Origin: a bacterium
GTDB taxonomy: Bacteria; J088; JAWLBW01
Length of the DNA: 25,420 nucleotides
Direction of reading: 5' to 3'
NCBI GenBank assembly: GCA_041690355.1
Contig: JAWLHK010000003.1
Span: forward strand, 297,428 to 322,847
Shown: positions 1-8,608 of the stretch, in pieces
Position numbering within the stretch: the stretch's first letter is position 1
How the letters are laid out: each line of letters opens with the position of its first letter
Translations under genes and position numbers: made by a program
Notes under the pieces: model-generated
What the model was told of the DNA's origin: nothing
Seen by the model: the letters and a program-made list of their open reading frames with translations, nothing else
Databases searched by the model: none

Positions 1-23
1 AGGCAGACGAATAGAACGCGCAT
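1..23 (-). CDS. 5' end of a low-molecular-weight protein tyrosine phosphatase / ArsC-family protein (truncated by window edge)
   Basis: The minus strand from ATG at 23 reads MRVLFVC(L), the typical LMW-PTP N-terminus leading into the CxxNxCRS loop. Only 7 full codons are visible. Confidence 0.7.
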
Positions 24-29
24 CCCCAA

Positions 30-38
30 AGGATACCA
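30..38 (-). promoter_or_regulatory. Extended -10 promoter (TG-G-TATCCT), probably giving a leaderless mRNA
   Basis: The minus strand reads TGGTATCCT-ttgggg-ATG, so the -10 lies 6 nt upstream of the ATG with no room for an SD. Confidence 0.5.
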
Positions 39-122
39 CGGCGGCGCGAGGGTGCACGCGATCCCGGCCCCGCCACCGCATCCGAACCCCGCCACCGCCC
101 CCTCCGCATGAGACACTCGCGT

Positions 123-229
123 CTGAGGATCTCCCCCGCCTCCTCCATACCACGCGCGCATGTGCATGACGCATGTCCCGCGGAACCCAGGCCACGCGCG
201 GGTTGGAGGAGGCGGGGGGACATGTCAGG
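123..229. repeat. Long imperfect hairpin (REP-like palindrome)
   Basis: Perfect 15-bp arms CCCCCGCCTCCTCCA (133-147) and TGGAGGAGGCGGGGG (204-218), extended by inner CGCGCG pairing and outer CTGA/TCAG pairing. Confidence 0.7.
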
Positions 230-309
230 TCCCTGCTCCCACTTCAGACGGACTCTTCGCAAAAAAACGCGCATGGACCTCAATCGAGGAAACCATGCGC
301 GCGGCATTT

Positions 310-369
310 CCTCCTCCGCGCTGGAGGAGGAGGACCGGGCGGGTCGATCCCGCCCGGAGGAGGTGGTGG
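310..369. repeat. Double-hairpin REP-like element just downstream of trxA
   Basis: CCTCCTCC-gcgct-GGAGGAGG (310-330), then CCGGGCGGG-tcgat-CCCGCCCGG (335-357), then an AGGAGGTGGTGG tail. Confidence 0.6.
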
Positions 370-371
370 AG

Positions 372-704
372 TCAGGCGATCGACTGCTCGATGAAGCTCT
401 TGAGCTGACCCTTGGGGGCCGCGCCGACGAGCTGGTTGACGAGCTTGCCCCCCTTGAAGATCATCAACGTCGGAATGCCGCGGATCGAGAAGCTGCCCGG
501 GGTAGCCGGGTTCTCGTCGGTGTTGATCTTGCCGACCTTCAGCTTGCCCTTGTACTCACCGGCCAGCTCTTCGACGATCGGGCCGACCATGCGGCAGGGT
601 CCGCACCACGGCGCCCAGAAGTCGACCAGCACCGGCAGGTCGCTCTGCAGAACTTCCTGCTGAAAGTTGCCGTCCGTAAACGTATGCATGTTGTCACCAG
701 CCAT
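372..704 (-). CDS. trxA: Thioredoxin
   Basis: 110 aa with [13 protein letters not shown] active site and cis-Pro IPT motif; AGGAG SD upstream. Confidence 0.97.
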   Translation of the reverse strand: MAGDNMHTFTDGNFQQEVLQSDLPVLVDFWAPWCGPCRMVGPIVEELAGEYKGKLKVGKINTDENPATPGSFSIRGIPTLMIFKGGKLVNQLVGAAPKGQLKSFIEQSIA

Positions 705-722
705 GAGATGCTCCTTCCTGAT

Positions 723-1079
723 TCACTTCTTCGCTGATTTCTCTGATTTCTGGCCGTGCCCCTCGGCGCGCGCACCCTGCGAACGCATCCACGTCACCAG
801 TTTCTCGACCCACGGGTCGACCACGCGATAAACCACCGTCGTACCCACCCGCTCGCCGCGGACGATCCCGTGCGCGCGAAGCAGGCTCAAGTGCTGCGAC
901 ACAGTGGCCTGCGCGAGCCCGAGACACTCCCCGATGTCCTTCACGCAGGTATCGGACGCGAGCAGCCCGGCGACGATGCGCAGACGGATCGGATGCCCGA
1001 GAATCCGCATGATCTCGGCCTCGTGCTCCAGCGTGACGCCCTCGTCGAGCGCCCAGTTTCGCGCCTGGTTTCCCGCCAC
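723..1079 (-). CDS. ArsR/SmtB-family transcriptional repressor
   Basis: LGHPIRLRIV helix, SQHLSLLR HTH, and GERVGTTVVY wing. GTG start with GGGAG SD; ends 18 nt before trxA. Confidence 0.93.
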   Translation of the reverse strand: MAGNQARNWALDEGVTLEHEAEIMRILGHPIRLRIVAGLLASDTCVKDIGECLGLAQATVSQHLSLLRAHGIVRGERVGTTVVYRVVDPWVEKLVTWMRSQGARAEGHGQKSEKSAKK

Positions 1080-1133
1080 GTTCGCTCCCGCAAGGCCACC
1101 CGGAAGGTGACCCGTCGCGCAAAGACCTTCAAG

Positions 1134-1151
1134 TATTCAAATATCAGAATA
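1134..1151. promoter_or_regulatory. Inverted-repeat operator TATTC-N8-GAATA upstream of the ArsR gene
   Basis: AT-rich island TATTCaaatatcaGAATA about 55 nt upstream of the ArsR start, with TTGATA (-35-like, minus strand) at 1152-1157. Confidence 0.7.
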
Positions 1152-1325
1152 TATCAAGTGTCGACGCCCCGCAAGCGAAAACGGCCACCCCTTTTTCCCC
1201 AGGCGGCTTGGGAATCCGCTTTCCTCCCGAGCGGCGGGCGGGATGCCGCGCCGGATCCGGCCCGCCGCGCTTGCCCCATCCGCCGTTTTCGCCGGAACCT
1301 GAGGGGAACCGGAAGGAGTCCTCTC

Positions 1326-3038
1326 TTGCGCTACATGGCCCTGGCAGCGGATTACGACGACACGCTGGCGACCGGCGGACGCATTCCCGATCGAGTCGTC
1401 GCCGCGCTCGAGCGGGTCAAGGCGACCGGACGCCGCCTGCTGCTCGTGACCGGCCGGCAGATGAGTGATCTGCGCGCCCTCGCCCCCCTCCGACTCTTCG
1501 ACCGCGTCGTGGCCGAGAACGGGGCCGTCCTCTATCTCCCCGAAACCGGCGAGGAGATTCCCCTCGCCTCCCCGCCGCCGGCCTCCTTCATCGCCGAGTT
1601 GCGCGCACGCGGCGTCGCGCCAGTGTCGACCGGGGCCGTCATCGTCGCCACCCACCGCCCGCACGAACACACGATCATGCATGCAATCTGGGAGATGGGG
1701 CTCGAGCTCCAGATCATTTTCAACGGGAATGCCGTCATGGTTCTGCCGCCCGGCACCAACAAGGCAAGCGGTCTCGGAGTCGCACTGCAGCAGCTCGGCC
1801 TCTCGCCGCACGAAGTCGTCGGGCTCGGCGATTCCGAAAACGATCACTCCCTGCTGGGCTTCTGCGAATGCGGCATCGCCGTCGCCAACGCCGTCAAACC
1901 GTTGCGGGCCGCGGCCGCCTGGGTTACGCAGGGAGAAGCGGGTGACGGCGCCATCGAAGTGGCCGGGGCGCTCGCCGACAGCGACCTCGCCTCTCTGCCC
2001 CTGCACATGCCCCACCGCGAAATTCCGCTCGGCATCGACGCATCCGGCGCCGTAGAGACCCTCCCGGTCTACGGCGTGAACGTGCTCGTCGCCGGTCCCT
2101 CAGGGGCCGGTAAGTCGACCTTCGCCACGGGCATCCTCGAGCGCCTGCGGCAGGCTGCGTACCAGGTCTGCATTGTCGATCCCGAAGGAGATTACGGCAC
2201 GCTCAAGGAAGTCGTCTCGCTCGGCAACCGCGCCCGCGCGCCGGGCATCGACGAAGTGATCAGTTCGCTGAGCAACCCGCGGGTCGACGTCGCCGCGAAT
2301 CTGCTCGGCATTCCCTTTGCAGATCGGCCGGACTACTTCATGCAGCTGCTCCCCAACCTGCTCGCCATGCGCGCCCGTACCGGACGCCCGCACTGGCTGC
2401 TGCTCGACGAGGTTCACCACTACCTCCCCGCAGTCTGGGGACTTTCGCATCTGACCATGCCGCAGAGGCTCGGCGAAACGCTGCTGCTCACGGTGCATCC
2501 CGACGAGGTCGCGCGCACGATTCTCGAGCAGGTTCACGTCGTCATCGCGGTCGGTCCCGATCCACAGGACACTCTCGGCCGCTACGCCGCGACCGTCGGC
2601 GAACGCGCGCCACAGTGGCACGGCGATCCGCCGCAGCGCGGAGAATTCGTGGTCTGGCGCCGCCGCATGCAGAAGCCGCTGCAGAAGCTGCGCACGATTC
2701 CCGGGCACACCGAACGTTTGCGCCACCTGCGTAAATACGCGGAAGGGGATCTGGGGGCCCGCAGCTTCTACTTCCGCGGACCGCGGGATCGGCTGAATCT
2801 GCGCGCGCAGAATCTGGTGCTCTTCTGCCAGATCGGCGAGGGGGTCGACGAAGATACCTGGCTGCACCACCTGCGCAACGGCGATTACGCGCGCTGGCTG
2901 CGCGAGGCCATCAAGGACGAGCCGCTCGCCGCCCGGGCCGATGCTCTCGCGGCCCGCGCCGACGTCACGGCGCGCGAGAGCTACCGCGTCCTGCGCACGG
3001 CCATCGAAGAGCGCTACATCCTGCCGCCCCTGCCCTGA
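1326..3038 (+). CDS. HAD-IIB (Cof-type) phosphatase fused to a P-loop NTPase and a C-terminal helical domain
   Basis: Start reassigned to TTG 1326 (AGGAG SD 7 nt upstream). HAD motifs DYDDT, VTGR, NK, GDSENDH; Walker A GPSGAGKS; Walker B LLLDEVH. 570 aa. Confidence 0.85.
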   Translation: MRYMALAADYDDTLATGGRIPDRVVAALERVKATGRRLLLVTGRQMSDLRALAPLRLFDRVVAENGAVLYLPETGEEIPLASPPPASFIAELRARGVAPVSTGAVIVATHRPHEHTIMHAIWEMGLELQIIFNGNAVMVLPPGTNKASGLGVALQQLGLSPHEVVGLGDSENDHSLLGFCECGIAVANAVKPLRAAAAWVTQGEAGDGAIEVAGALADSDLASLPLHMPHREIPLGIDASGAVETLPVYGVNVLVAGPSGAGKSTFATGILERLRQAAYQVCIVDPEGDYGTLKEVVSLGNRARAPGIDEVISSLSNPRVDVAANLLGIPFADRPDYFMQLLPNLLAMRARTGRPHWLLLDEVHHYLPAVWGLSHLTMPQRLGETLLLTVHPDEVARTILEQVHVVIAVGPDPQDTLGRYAATVGERAPQWHGDPPQRGEFVVWRRRMQKPLQKLRTIPGHTERLRHLRKYAEGDLGARSFYFRGPRDRLNLRAQNLVLFCQIGEGVDEDTWLHHLRNGDYARWLREAIKDEPLAARADALAARADVTARESYRVLRTAIEERYILPPLP

Positions 3039-3099
3039 ACCGCCGCACCCCGCGCCGCCACGACAAAGGCGCACGACCGCGCGGCGGCGGCGTGCCCCA

Positions 3100-3108
3100 T
3101 GTTAGAAT
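3100..3108 (+). promoter_or_regulatory. Extended -10 promoter for tldD
   Basis: TG-T-TAGAAT about 87 nt upstream of the tldD ATG. Confidence 0.5.
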
Positions 3109-3195
3109 CTAGGAGTTCCGCGTTTCCCGCGCCTCCGGTTCCTTGTCCTCTCGTCGGCGCAACCGGTCGCGGATTCTTTTTCTGCGAGGCTGTCC

Positions 3196-4581
3196 ATGTG
3201 GAATGAGTTGCCGTTCGATCCGAAATCCGTCCTGCGCAGGCTGCTGCGCAACGGGGGCGAATATGCCGATCTCTTCGTCGAGGATCTCGACTCCACCTTT
3301 CTCGGCTACGAAGCGGGCAAGCTCGACGACATCGTCACCGGCATCGACCGCGGCGCAGGCCTGCGCCTCATCGTCAACCAGCGCACGATTTACGCCTATA
3401 CCAACGATCTGACCGAGGCCGGCCTGATCGCCCTGGCCGAACAGATGTCGTCGGCGGTACGCCTCGGGCAGCACGGGCACCTGGGCGCGCTGCAGGCCGG
3501 GCGCCCCGGCGTCCACTCACCGATTGCCCGGCCGCCGTATCTCGCGCCGCTCGCCGACAAGATCAAGCTTCTCGAACGCGCCAACGCCGAGGCCTGGGGC
3601 TCGAGCGATCTCGTCAAGCAGGTGCGGGTCGCCTACCGCGACAAGCGCCGCCGGCTCGCCTTCGCCGCCTCGAGCGGGGAACAGACGGAAGAGGAACAGC
3701 AGAGCCTGGTCTTCTTCACGCACGTCACCGCCGCCGACGAAAAGAGCATCCAGACCGGATACGAACCGGTGGGCGGCGTGGAAGGGCTCGAAATCTTCGA
3801 CCGCGTTTCCCCCGAAGAGGTCGCGCGCATCGCCTCCGATCGCGCCCTGCAGGCCCTCCGTTCCCCCGCGGCGCCGGCGGGTACCATGCCGGTCGTCCTC
3901 TCTTCGGAGGCAGGGGGAACCATGGTGCACGAGGCGGTCGGCCACGGCCTCGAAGCCGATCTGGCCAGCCAGGGGCTTTCGGTTTACCAGGGAAAGCTCG
4001 GACAGAAGGTCGCCTCGGAGCTCATCACCGTCGTGGACGACGGCACGATGGCGAACCGGCGCGGCTCTTTCGGCTATGACGACGAGGGTACGCCAAGCCA
4101 GCGCAACGTGCTCATCGAAAACGGCATTCTCAAGTCCTACATGTACGATCGCCTCATGGCGCAGCGCGACGGCGTGCAGAGCACCGGCAATGGCCGCCGC
4201 GAGAATTACCGCCACCGCCCCATCGTGCGCATGACGAACACCTACATCGACCGGGGCACGATGAACCCCGACGATATCGTCAAGGCGACCGACCACGGCC
4301 TGTTCGTCAAGAAGATGGGGGGCGGCCAGGTGAACACCGTGAACGGCGACTTCGTCTTCGAGGTGACCGAGGGCTATCGCATCGAGAACGGGAAGATCGG
4401 CGAACCCGTGCGCAACGCGACGCTCACGGGGAATGGTCCCAAGGTCCTGCAAATGGTCGACATGGTCGGCAACGACCTCGGCTTCGCCATCGGCACCTGC
4501 GGCAAAGACGGCCAGGGGGTCCCCGTCACCGACGCCCAGCCCACGCTGCGCATTCCGGAGCTGGTGGTCGGGGGCTCGTGA
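3196..4581 (+). CDS. tldD: TldD metalloprotease (TldD/PmbA family, catalytic type)
   Basis: HEAVGHGLEAD metal motif, DDEG, STGNGRR, RMTNT, GGGQV, and C-terminal GTCGKDGQGVPV. 461 aa. Confidence 0.93.
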   Translation: MWNELPFDPKSVLRRLLRNGGEYADLFVEDLDSTFLGYEAGKLDDIVTGIDRGAGLRLIVNQRTIYAYTNDLTEAGLIALAEQMSSAVRLGQHGHLGALQAGRPGVHSPIARPPYLAPLADKIKLLERANAEAWGSSDLVKQVRVAYRDKRRRLAFAASSGEQTEEEQQSLVFFTHVTAADEKSIQTGYEPVGGVEGLEIFDRVSPEEVARIASDRALQALRSPAAPAGTMPVVLSSEAGGTMVHEAVGHGLEADLASQGLSVYQGKLGQKVASELITVVDDGTMANRRGSFGYDDEGTPSQRNVLIENGILKSYMYDRLMAQRDGVQSTGNGRRENYRHRPIVRMTNTYIDRGTMNPDDIVKATDHGLFVKKMGGGQVNTVNGDFVFEVTEGYRIENGKIGEPVRNATLTGNGPKVLQMVDMVGNDLGFAIGTCGKDGQGVPVTDAQPTLRIPELVVGGS

Positions 4582-4588
4582 GGCCTGA

Positions 4589-4607
4589 CCGCTACAGCGG
4601 CTTTTTT
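4589..4607 (+). terminator. Short intrinsic terminator after tldD
   Basis: CCGC-TACA-GCGG followed by CTTTTTT. Confidence 0.5.
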
Positions 4608-4615
4608 ACCGGGAA

Positions 4616-4876
4616 CTAGATCCCCAGCTTCTTGAAGAGGTCGTCCATATCTTCGGCGTCATGGACGTCTTCGCCAGCCGCGGATTTCCGTAGCGTATCG
4701 GCGGTAACCGCGTTGGGAATCCGCACGGCGAACGGCAGGCCCTTGTGCAGTTCCACCTGGCGGTAAAATATGCGGATGGCTTCCGTTGCCGAAATACCCA
4801 GCTCAAAAACCTTTTAAGCATTGCGCTTGAGCTTCGCCTCCACTCGGGCATGAATCATTGCGGTCTTCGTTGCCAT
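4616..4876 (-). pseudogene. RelB/DinJ-family type II antitoxin pseudogene (in-frame TAA at 4814-4816)
   Basis: Hand translation gives MATKTAMIHARVEAKLKRNA*KVFELGISATEAIRIFYRQVELHKGLPFAVRIPNAVTADTLRKSAAGEDVHDAEDMDDLFKKLGI: RHH N-terminus, GLPF..IPN..T, and DLF..LGI tail. AGGGGAG SD present. Confidence 0.9.
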
Positions 4877-4897
4877 GGATTCTCCCCTTGCGATCAC

Positions 4898-4915
4898 TGT
4901 ATATCAATCGCTACA
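4898..4915. promoter_or_regulatory. Putative antitoxin auto-operator TGTA-N10-TACA
   Basis: TGTAtatcaatcgcTACA lies 21 nt upstream of the antitoxin ATG. RHH antitoxins autorepress through short palindromes. Confidence 0.45.
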
Positions 4916-5167
4916 CGGGAGGAAATGCGACCCTGACTTCGTTTCGGGGCGTGGAGAGCGGTCACAGATATTATTGCGGTTTCCAAAAGACTGCAACCGT
5001 ACCCAACACTCCCCCTCCAAAGCAATGCGCTTGGCGGGCGGCCGTCTGAATACCATCCCGGCCCCCGGCCACCAAGGCGCCCCCACACCCCCCCTCCGTT
5101 CGCCTCCAACCCCCGGTGCGGTTATACTGATCCTTTTTACTTCCCGAACCCCGCAGGGAGCACGGAT

Positions 5168-6043
5168 ATGGCGCAGATTCTCGACGGCAAGGCACTGGCC
5201 CAGCGACTTCGCACCCGCATGGCCGAGCGGGTCGCGCGGCTGCGCGACGACAAGGGAATCCTTCCGGGCCTCGGCGTCATTCTCGTGGGCGACAACCCGG
5301 CCAGCCAGGTCTACGTGCGCAACAAGGGGATCGCCTCCCGCGACGCCGGGTTCCACTTCGAGGAGCTGCGCCTGCCCGAGAATGCCTCGCAGGACGACGT
5401 GCACGCCGCCATCGACCGCATGAACGCGGCCGCCGACATTCACAGCTACCTCGTGCAGCTGCCGCTGCCGAAGCACCTCGACGAAATGAAGGCGCTGCAG
5501 CGGATCGCCGTCGAGAAGGACGCCGACGGTCTGCTCCCCGCCAGCCTCGGGCAGCTCGTGGCCGGCCTGCCGGGACCCATTCCGTGCACGCCCCATGGCG
5601 TCATGAAGCTGCTCGAGGAAGCGCAGTGCGACCCGCGCGGTAAGCATGCCGTCGTCATCGGCCGCAGCAACATCGTCGGCAAGCCGATGGCCCTCCTGCT
5701 CCTGCGCGCCGACGCCACGGTCACCATCTGCCACTCGCGCACCCCCGACCTGCCCGCCGTCGTGCGCGGCGCCGACATCGTGGTCGCCGCCGTGGGCCGC
5801 GCCCGCATGGTCAAGGGAGACTGGCTGAAGCCGGGCGCCGTCATCATCGACGTGGGCATGAACCGCGACGAACAGGGGAAACTCTGCGGCGACGTCGATT
5901 ACGATTCCGCCAGCGCCGTCGCCTCGGCCATCACGCCCGTCCCCGGCGGGGTCGGGCCGATGACCATCGCCATGCTGCTCGAGAACACCTTCCAGGCCGC
6001 GCTGCGGGCCGCCGGCGTTTCTGACGCGGGCGCCTACGCATGA
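5168..6043 (+). CDS. folD: Bifunctional methylene-THF dehydrogenase / methenyl-THF cyclohydrolase
   Basis: [41 protein letters not shown] motifs. Confidence 0.97.
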   Translation: MAQILDGKALAQRLRTRMAERVARLRDDKGILPGLGVILVGDNPASQVYVRNKGIASRDAGFHFEELRLPENASQDDVHAAIDRMNAAADIHSYLVQLPLPKHLDEMKALQRIAVEKDADGLLPASLGQLVAGLPGPIPCTPHGVMKLLEEAQCDPRGKHAVVIGRSNIVGKPMALLLLRADATVTICHSRTPDLPAVVRGADIVVAAVGRARMVKGDWLKPGAVIIDVGMNRDEQGKLCGDVDYDSASAVASAITPVPGGVGPMTIAMLLENTFQAALRAAGVSDAGAYA

Positions 6044-6810
6044 AGACGCTGCTTCTGCTGTGCGCCCTCGTGGCCGCCGATGCCGGCATGTGGCGCTATG
6101 AAGACGCCGCCGGCAACGTCAACTTCACCAATAACCTCGACGCAGTTCCGCTGGAATTCCGCGCCAAGGCGACCCGCTTCGAGCCGCGCTCCGACCGGGT
6201 GCAGAGCGAGGCCGCCCTCGGCGCCGGCGGGATCGCCGCCTATGCCTCGCAGAAGGAACTCGACGAGGCGGCCGCGCTCACCCAGGCCCAGGCTGAAGAG
6301 CGGCTGCGCGCGGGCCGGCTGACCGAGGCCCAGGTGCGTTATCTGGTGGAGCGCGGCGTGCTGCGCACCTCGGCGCTGGGCGACACGGTGCGCTCGGGCC
6401 GGACACAGGCAGAACTGGCCGCCGAGCGCGCGCAGGCAGCGAAGGCTGCGAACGAGGATCCGCTCGGGCTCGGCAAGCTGGCCGTGCCGATGGCCAGCCC
6501 GCAGGGTATCCGCGAGCGGCTGCGGCCGATTACCGAGAGCCCCAAGTTCCGCTGGTCGCTGATCGGCGAGGGGGTGCTCATGGGCATTCTCATCGTCGCC
6601 CTCCCCTTCGCGCTGCGCAAGTACCATGAAGACGGCACGCGCCGCATCGTGCGTCTCTCTTTCATCTTCATCTTCGTCATCATCTCGGCGACGGGGAACC
6701 TCGTGCTCTTCCGCGACGAAATCGCACTGCTCTTCGGCGTCGCGAAAGACGTGCAGACTGCCGGCGCTCCCCAGCCTCCGAACCCATCCGGAAAGAATCA
6801 TGAGCGATAA
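6040..6810 (+). CDS. Membrane protein: signal peptide, DUF4124-like N-terminal domain, two C-terminal TM helices
   Basis: [15 protein letters not shown] signal, [14 protein letters not shown] motif, two hydrophobic helices. ATGA overlap with folD and 11-nt overlap with gcvT; high GC3. Confidence 0.75.
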   Translation: MKTLLLLCALVAADAGMWRYEDAAGNVNFTNNLDAVPLEFRAKATRFEPRSDRVQSEAALGAGGIAAYASQKELDEAAALTQAQAEERLRAGRLTEAQVRYLVERGVLRTSALGDTVRSGRTQAELAAERAQAAKAANEDPLGLGKLAVPMASPQGIRERLRPITESPKFRWSLIGEGVLMGILIVALPFALRKYHEDGTRRIVRLSFIFIFVIISATGNLVLFRDEIALLFGVAKDVQTAGAPQPPNPSGKNHER

Positions 6811-7915
6811 GAAAACTCCGTTGAACGCGACGCACCGCAAGGCCGGGGCGCGCATGGTCAGCTTTGCCGGGTGGGACATGCCCGTGCAGTACGCCGGCGT
6901 CATTCAGGAACACAAGGCCGTGCGCGAAAAGGCGGGCCTGTTCGACGTCAGCCACATGGGCGAGATCTGGGTGACCGGGCCCAATGCGGCCGCCGTCTGC
7001 CAGCATCTGATCACCAACGATGTCGGCCTGCTGCAGGAAGACGGCCAGATCATCTATTCCGCCGTGTGCCAGCCCGACGGGGGAACCGTGGATGACGTGC
7101 TGCTGCACCGCATTTCGCCGACGGAATACCTGTTTGTCGTGAACGCCGCCAACATCGACAAGGATTTCGCCTTCTTCTGCGAACACGCGCCGCAGGGGGC
7201 CGAGCTGACGAACCGTTCGGACGACTGGGGGCAGCTCGCCCTGCAGGGTCCCCTGAGCCAGCAGATTCTGCAGCCGCTCGTCGACGTCGCGCTCGACGAC
7301 ATCGCCTACTACACTTTCAAGCCGGCCACGATGGCAGGGATCCGCGGATTGCTGGCCCGCACGGGATACACCGGCGAAGACGGCTTCGAGCTCTACGTGC
7401 CGGCCGACCGCGTGGTGGAACTCTGGAACAAAGTGATGGAGGCCGGCGCTCCCCAGGGGCTCGAGCCCATCGGTCTCGGCGCCCGCGACACGCTGCGCCT
7501 CGAAGCCGGCTATTCCCTGTACGGCCACGAGCTCTCGGCCACAATCACCCCCCTCGAGGCGAACCTCGGCTGGGTGACCAAGCTCGACGGCGACGATTTC
7601 GTGGGCCGCGACGCTCTGCGCAAGCAGAAAGAGGCCGGCATCCCCCGCCAGATCGTCGGCTTCCGCTTCACGGGCCGGGGCGTGCCGCGCGACGGCTACC
7701 CGGTGTGGAAGGGGGACGAGCAGCTCGGCGTCGTCACCAGCGGCACCATGAGCCCCATGCTGCAGACCGGCATCGGCCTGGCCCTCGTGAAGCGCGGCTC
7801 CCTGCAGGACGGGGACGCGCTCGACGTCGAAATCCGCGGAAAACGGTTTCCGGCCGTGGTCCAGCGCCCGCCGTTCGTCCCCTCGAACGTCCGGCGCAAG
7901 CCTCGAAAGGCTTGA
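6800..7915 (+). CDS. gcvT: Glycine cleavage system T protein (aminomethyltransferase)
   Basis: Start reassigned to ATG 6800. [43 protein letters not shown]. 371 aa. Confidence 0.97.
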   Translation: MSDKKTPLNATHRKAGARMVSFAGWDMPVQYAGVIQEHKAVREKAGLFDVSHMGEIWVTGPNAAAVCQHLITNDVGLLQEDGQIIYSAVCQPDGGTVDDVLLHRISPTEYLFVVNAANIDKDFAFFCEHAPQGAELTNRSDDWGQLALQGPLSQQILQPLVDVALDDIAYYTFKPATMAGIRGLLARTGYTGEDGFELYVPADRVVELWNKVMEAGAPQGLEPIGLGARDTLRLEAGYSLYGHELSATITPLEANLGWVTKLDGDDFVGRDALRKQKEAGIPRQIVGFRFTGRGVPRDGYPVWKGDEQLGVVTSGTMSPMLQTGIGLALVKRGSLQDGDALDVEIRGKRFPAVVQRPPFVPSNVRRKPRKA

Positions 7916-7942
7916 CACAGCCGAAATCCGATCCTGTACAAT
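7912..7942 (+). promoter_or_regulatory. Internal sigma70-type promoter for gcvH (TTGACA-N19-TACAAT)
   Basis: Consensus -35 overlapping the gcvT stop and a near-consensus -10; the spacer is long (19 nt). Confidence 0.55.
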
Positions 7943-8015
7943 GTTCCCTTGAGCCCTCGCTTGGGCGAGCGGCCCGATAAGTACCCCGGTCTTCCGAGAA
8001 AGGAGCATCCCGGAA

Positions 8016-8426
8016 ATGGATTTTCCGAAGCATCTCAAGTATACGCGCGAACACGAATGGGCCCTCATCGAGGGCGACGAAGTGACCGTCGGCATCACCG
8101 AATACGCGGCTGAAAAGCTCGGCGACGTCGTCTACGTCGATCTCCCCGAAGAAGGCGACTCGCTCGACGCGGGCGGCACGTTCGGCGCGGTCGAAAGCGT
8201 GAAGGCCGTAAGCGATCTCTACTCCCCGATCACGGGAACGGTCAAGGAGATCAACAAGTCGCTCGCCGACAGCCCCGAGGTCATCAACGAAGACCCGTAC
8301 GTCGAGGCGTGGATGGTCAAGATCACCGTCGACGATCCCGACGAGCTCGAAGACCTGATGACGGCCGAAGCCTACGCGGCCTACATCGCCGAGAGCAGCG
8401 AAGAAGGTTCTGACGAAGAGGAATAA
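8016..8426 (+). CDS. gcvH: Glycine cleavage system H protein
   Basis: YTREHEW, lipoyl-Lys motif [23 protein letters not shown]. Confidence 0.97.
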   Translation: MDFPKHLKYTREHEWALIEGDEVTVGITEYAAEKLGDVVYVDLPEEGDSLDAGGTFGAVESVKAVSDLYSPITGTVKEINKSLADSPEVINEDPYVEAWMVKITVDDPDELEDLMTAEAYAAYIAESSEEGSDEEE

Positions 8427-8447
8427 GGGCACGTCCCCTGTTCCGCA

Positions 8448-8500
8448 CGGCGCAGCATTCGCCCCGGCTCCGGTCGGCGCGGATCCTGCGCTGTTTTTCT
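8448..8500 (+). terminator. Hairpin plus U-tract between gcvH and gcvP
   Basis: CGGCGCAG...CTGCGCTG outer stem with an inner CCGG/CCGG stem, followed by TTTTTCT. Confidence 0.5.
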
Positions 8501-8546
8501 TATCCGCCCCGTGCCGATGCGGCTTCCGGCGCCGGGCGCACCGCCA

Positions 8547-8575
8547 TTGACGGCCGCACCGCCCACCGGCATCCT
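8547..8575 (+). promoter_or_regulatory. Putative promoter for gcvP (TTGACG-N17-CATCCT)
   Basis: Good -35, 17-nt spacer, weak -10; 33 nt upstream of the ATG. Confidence 0.45.
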
Positions 8576-8608
8576 GTTGAATTACGATTTTTTTCCTGCG
8601 AGTCATCC

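Noticed and set aside
756-1325. N-terminal extension of the 760-aa ORF
   Set aside because: It is antisense to the ArsR gene and crosses its operator; the SD and HAD motif I place the start at 1326.
4814-4816. Recoded stop (Sec/Pyl or alternative code) in the antitoxin
   Set aside because: The codon is TAA, which is not a Sec or Pyl codon and ends gcvH normally.
4606-4851. 81-aa minus-strand ORF from the track
   Set aside because: Wrong frame; the adjacent frame holds the RelB/DinJ pseudogene.
5041-5050. Exact Neisseria DNA uptake sequence GCCGTCTGAA
   Set aside because: Only one copy noticed in 25 kb of GC-rich DNA; real DUS genomes carry it about once per kb.
4920-5167. ZMP/ZTP or THF riboswitch ahead of folD
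   Set aside because: No GACUGGCG...CGCCUGGGC core or THF consensus is visible.
7943-8015. Glycine riboswitch in the gcv region
   Set aside because: No GGAGA...CCGAAG...CUCUCAGG aptamer here or before gcvP; gcvT has no leader.
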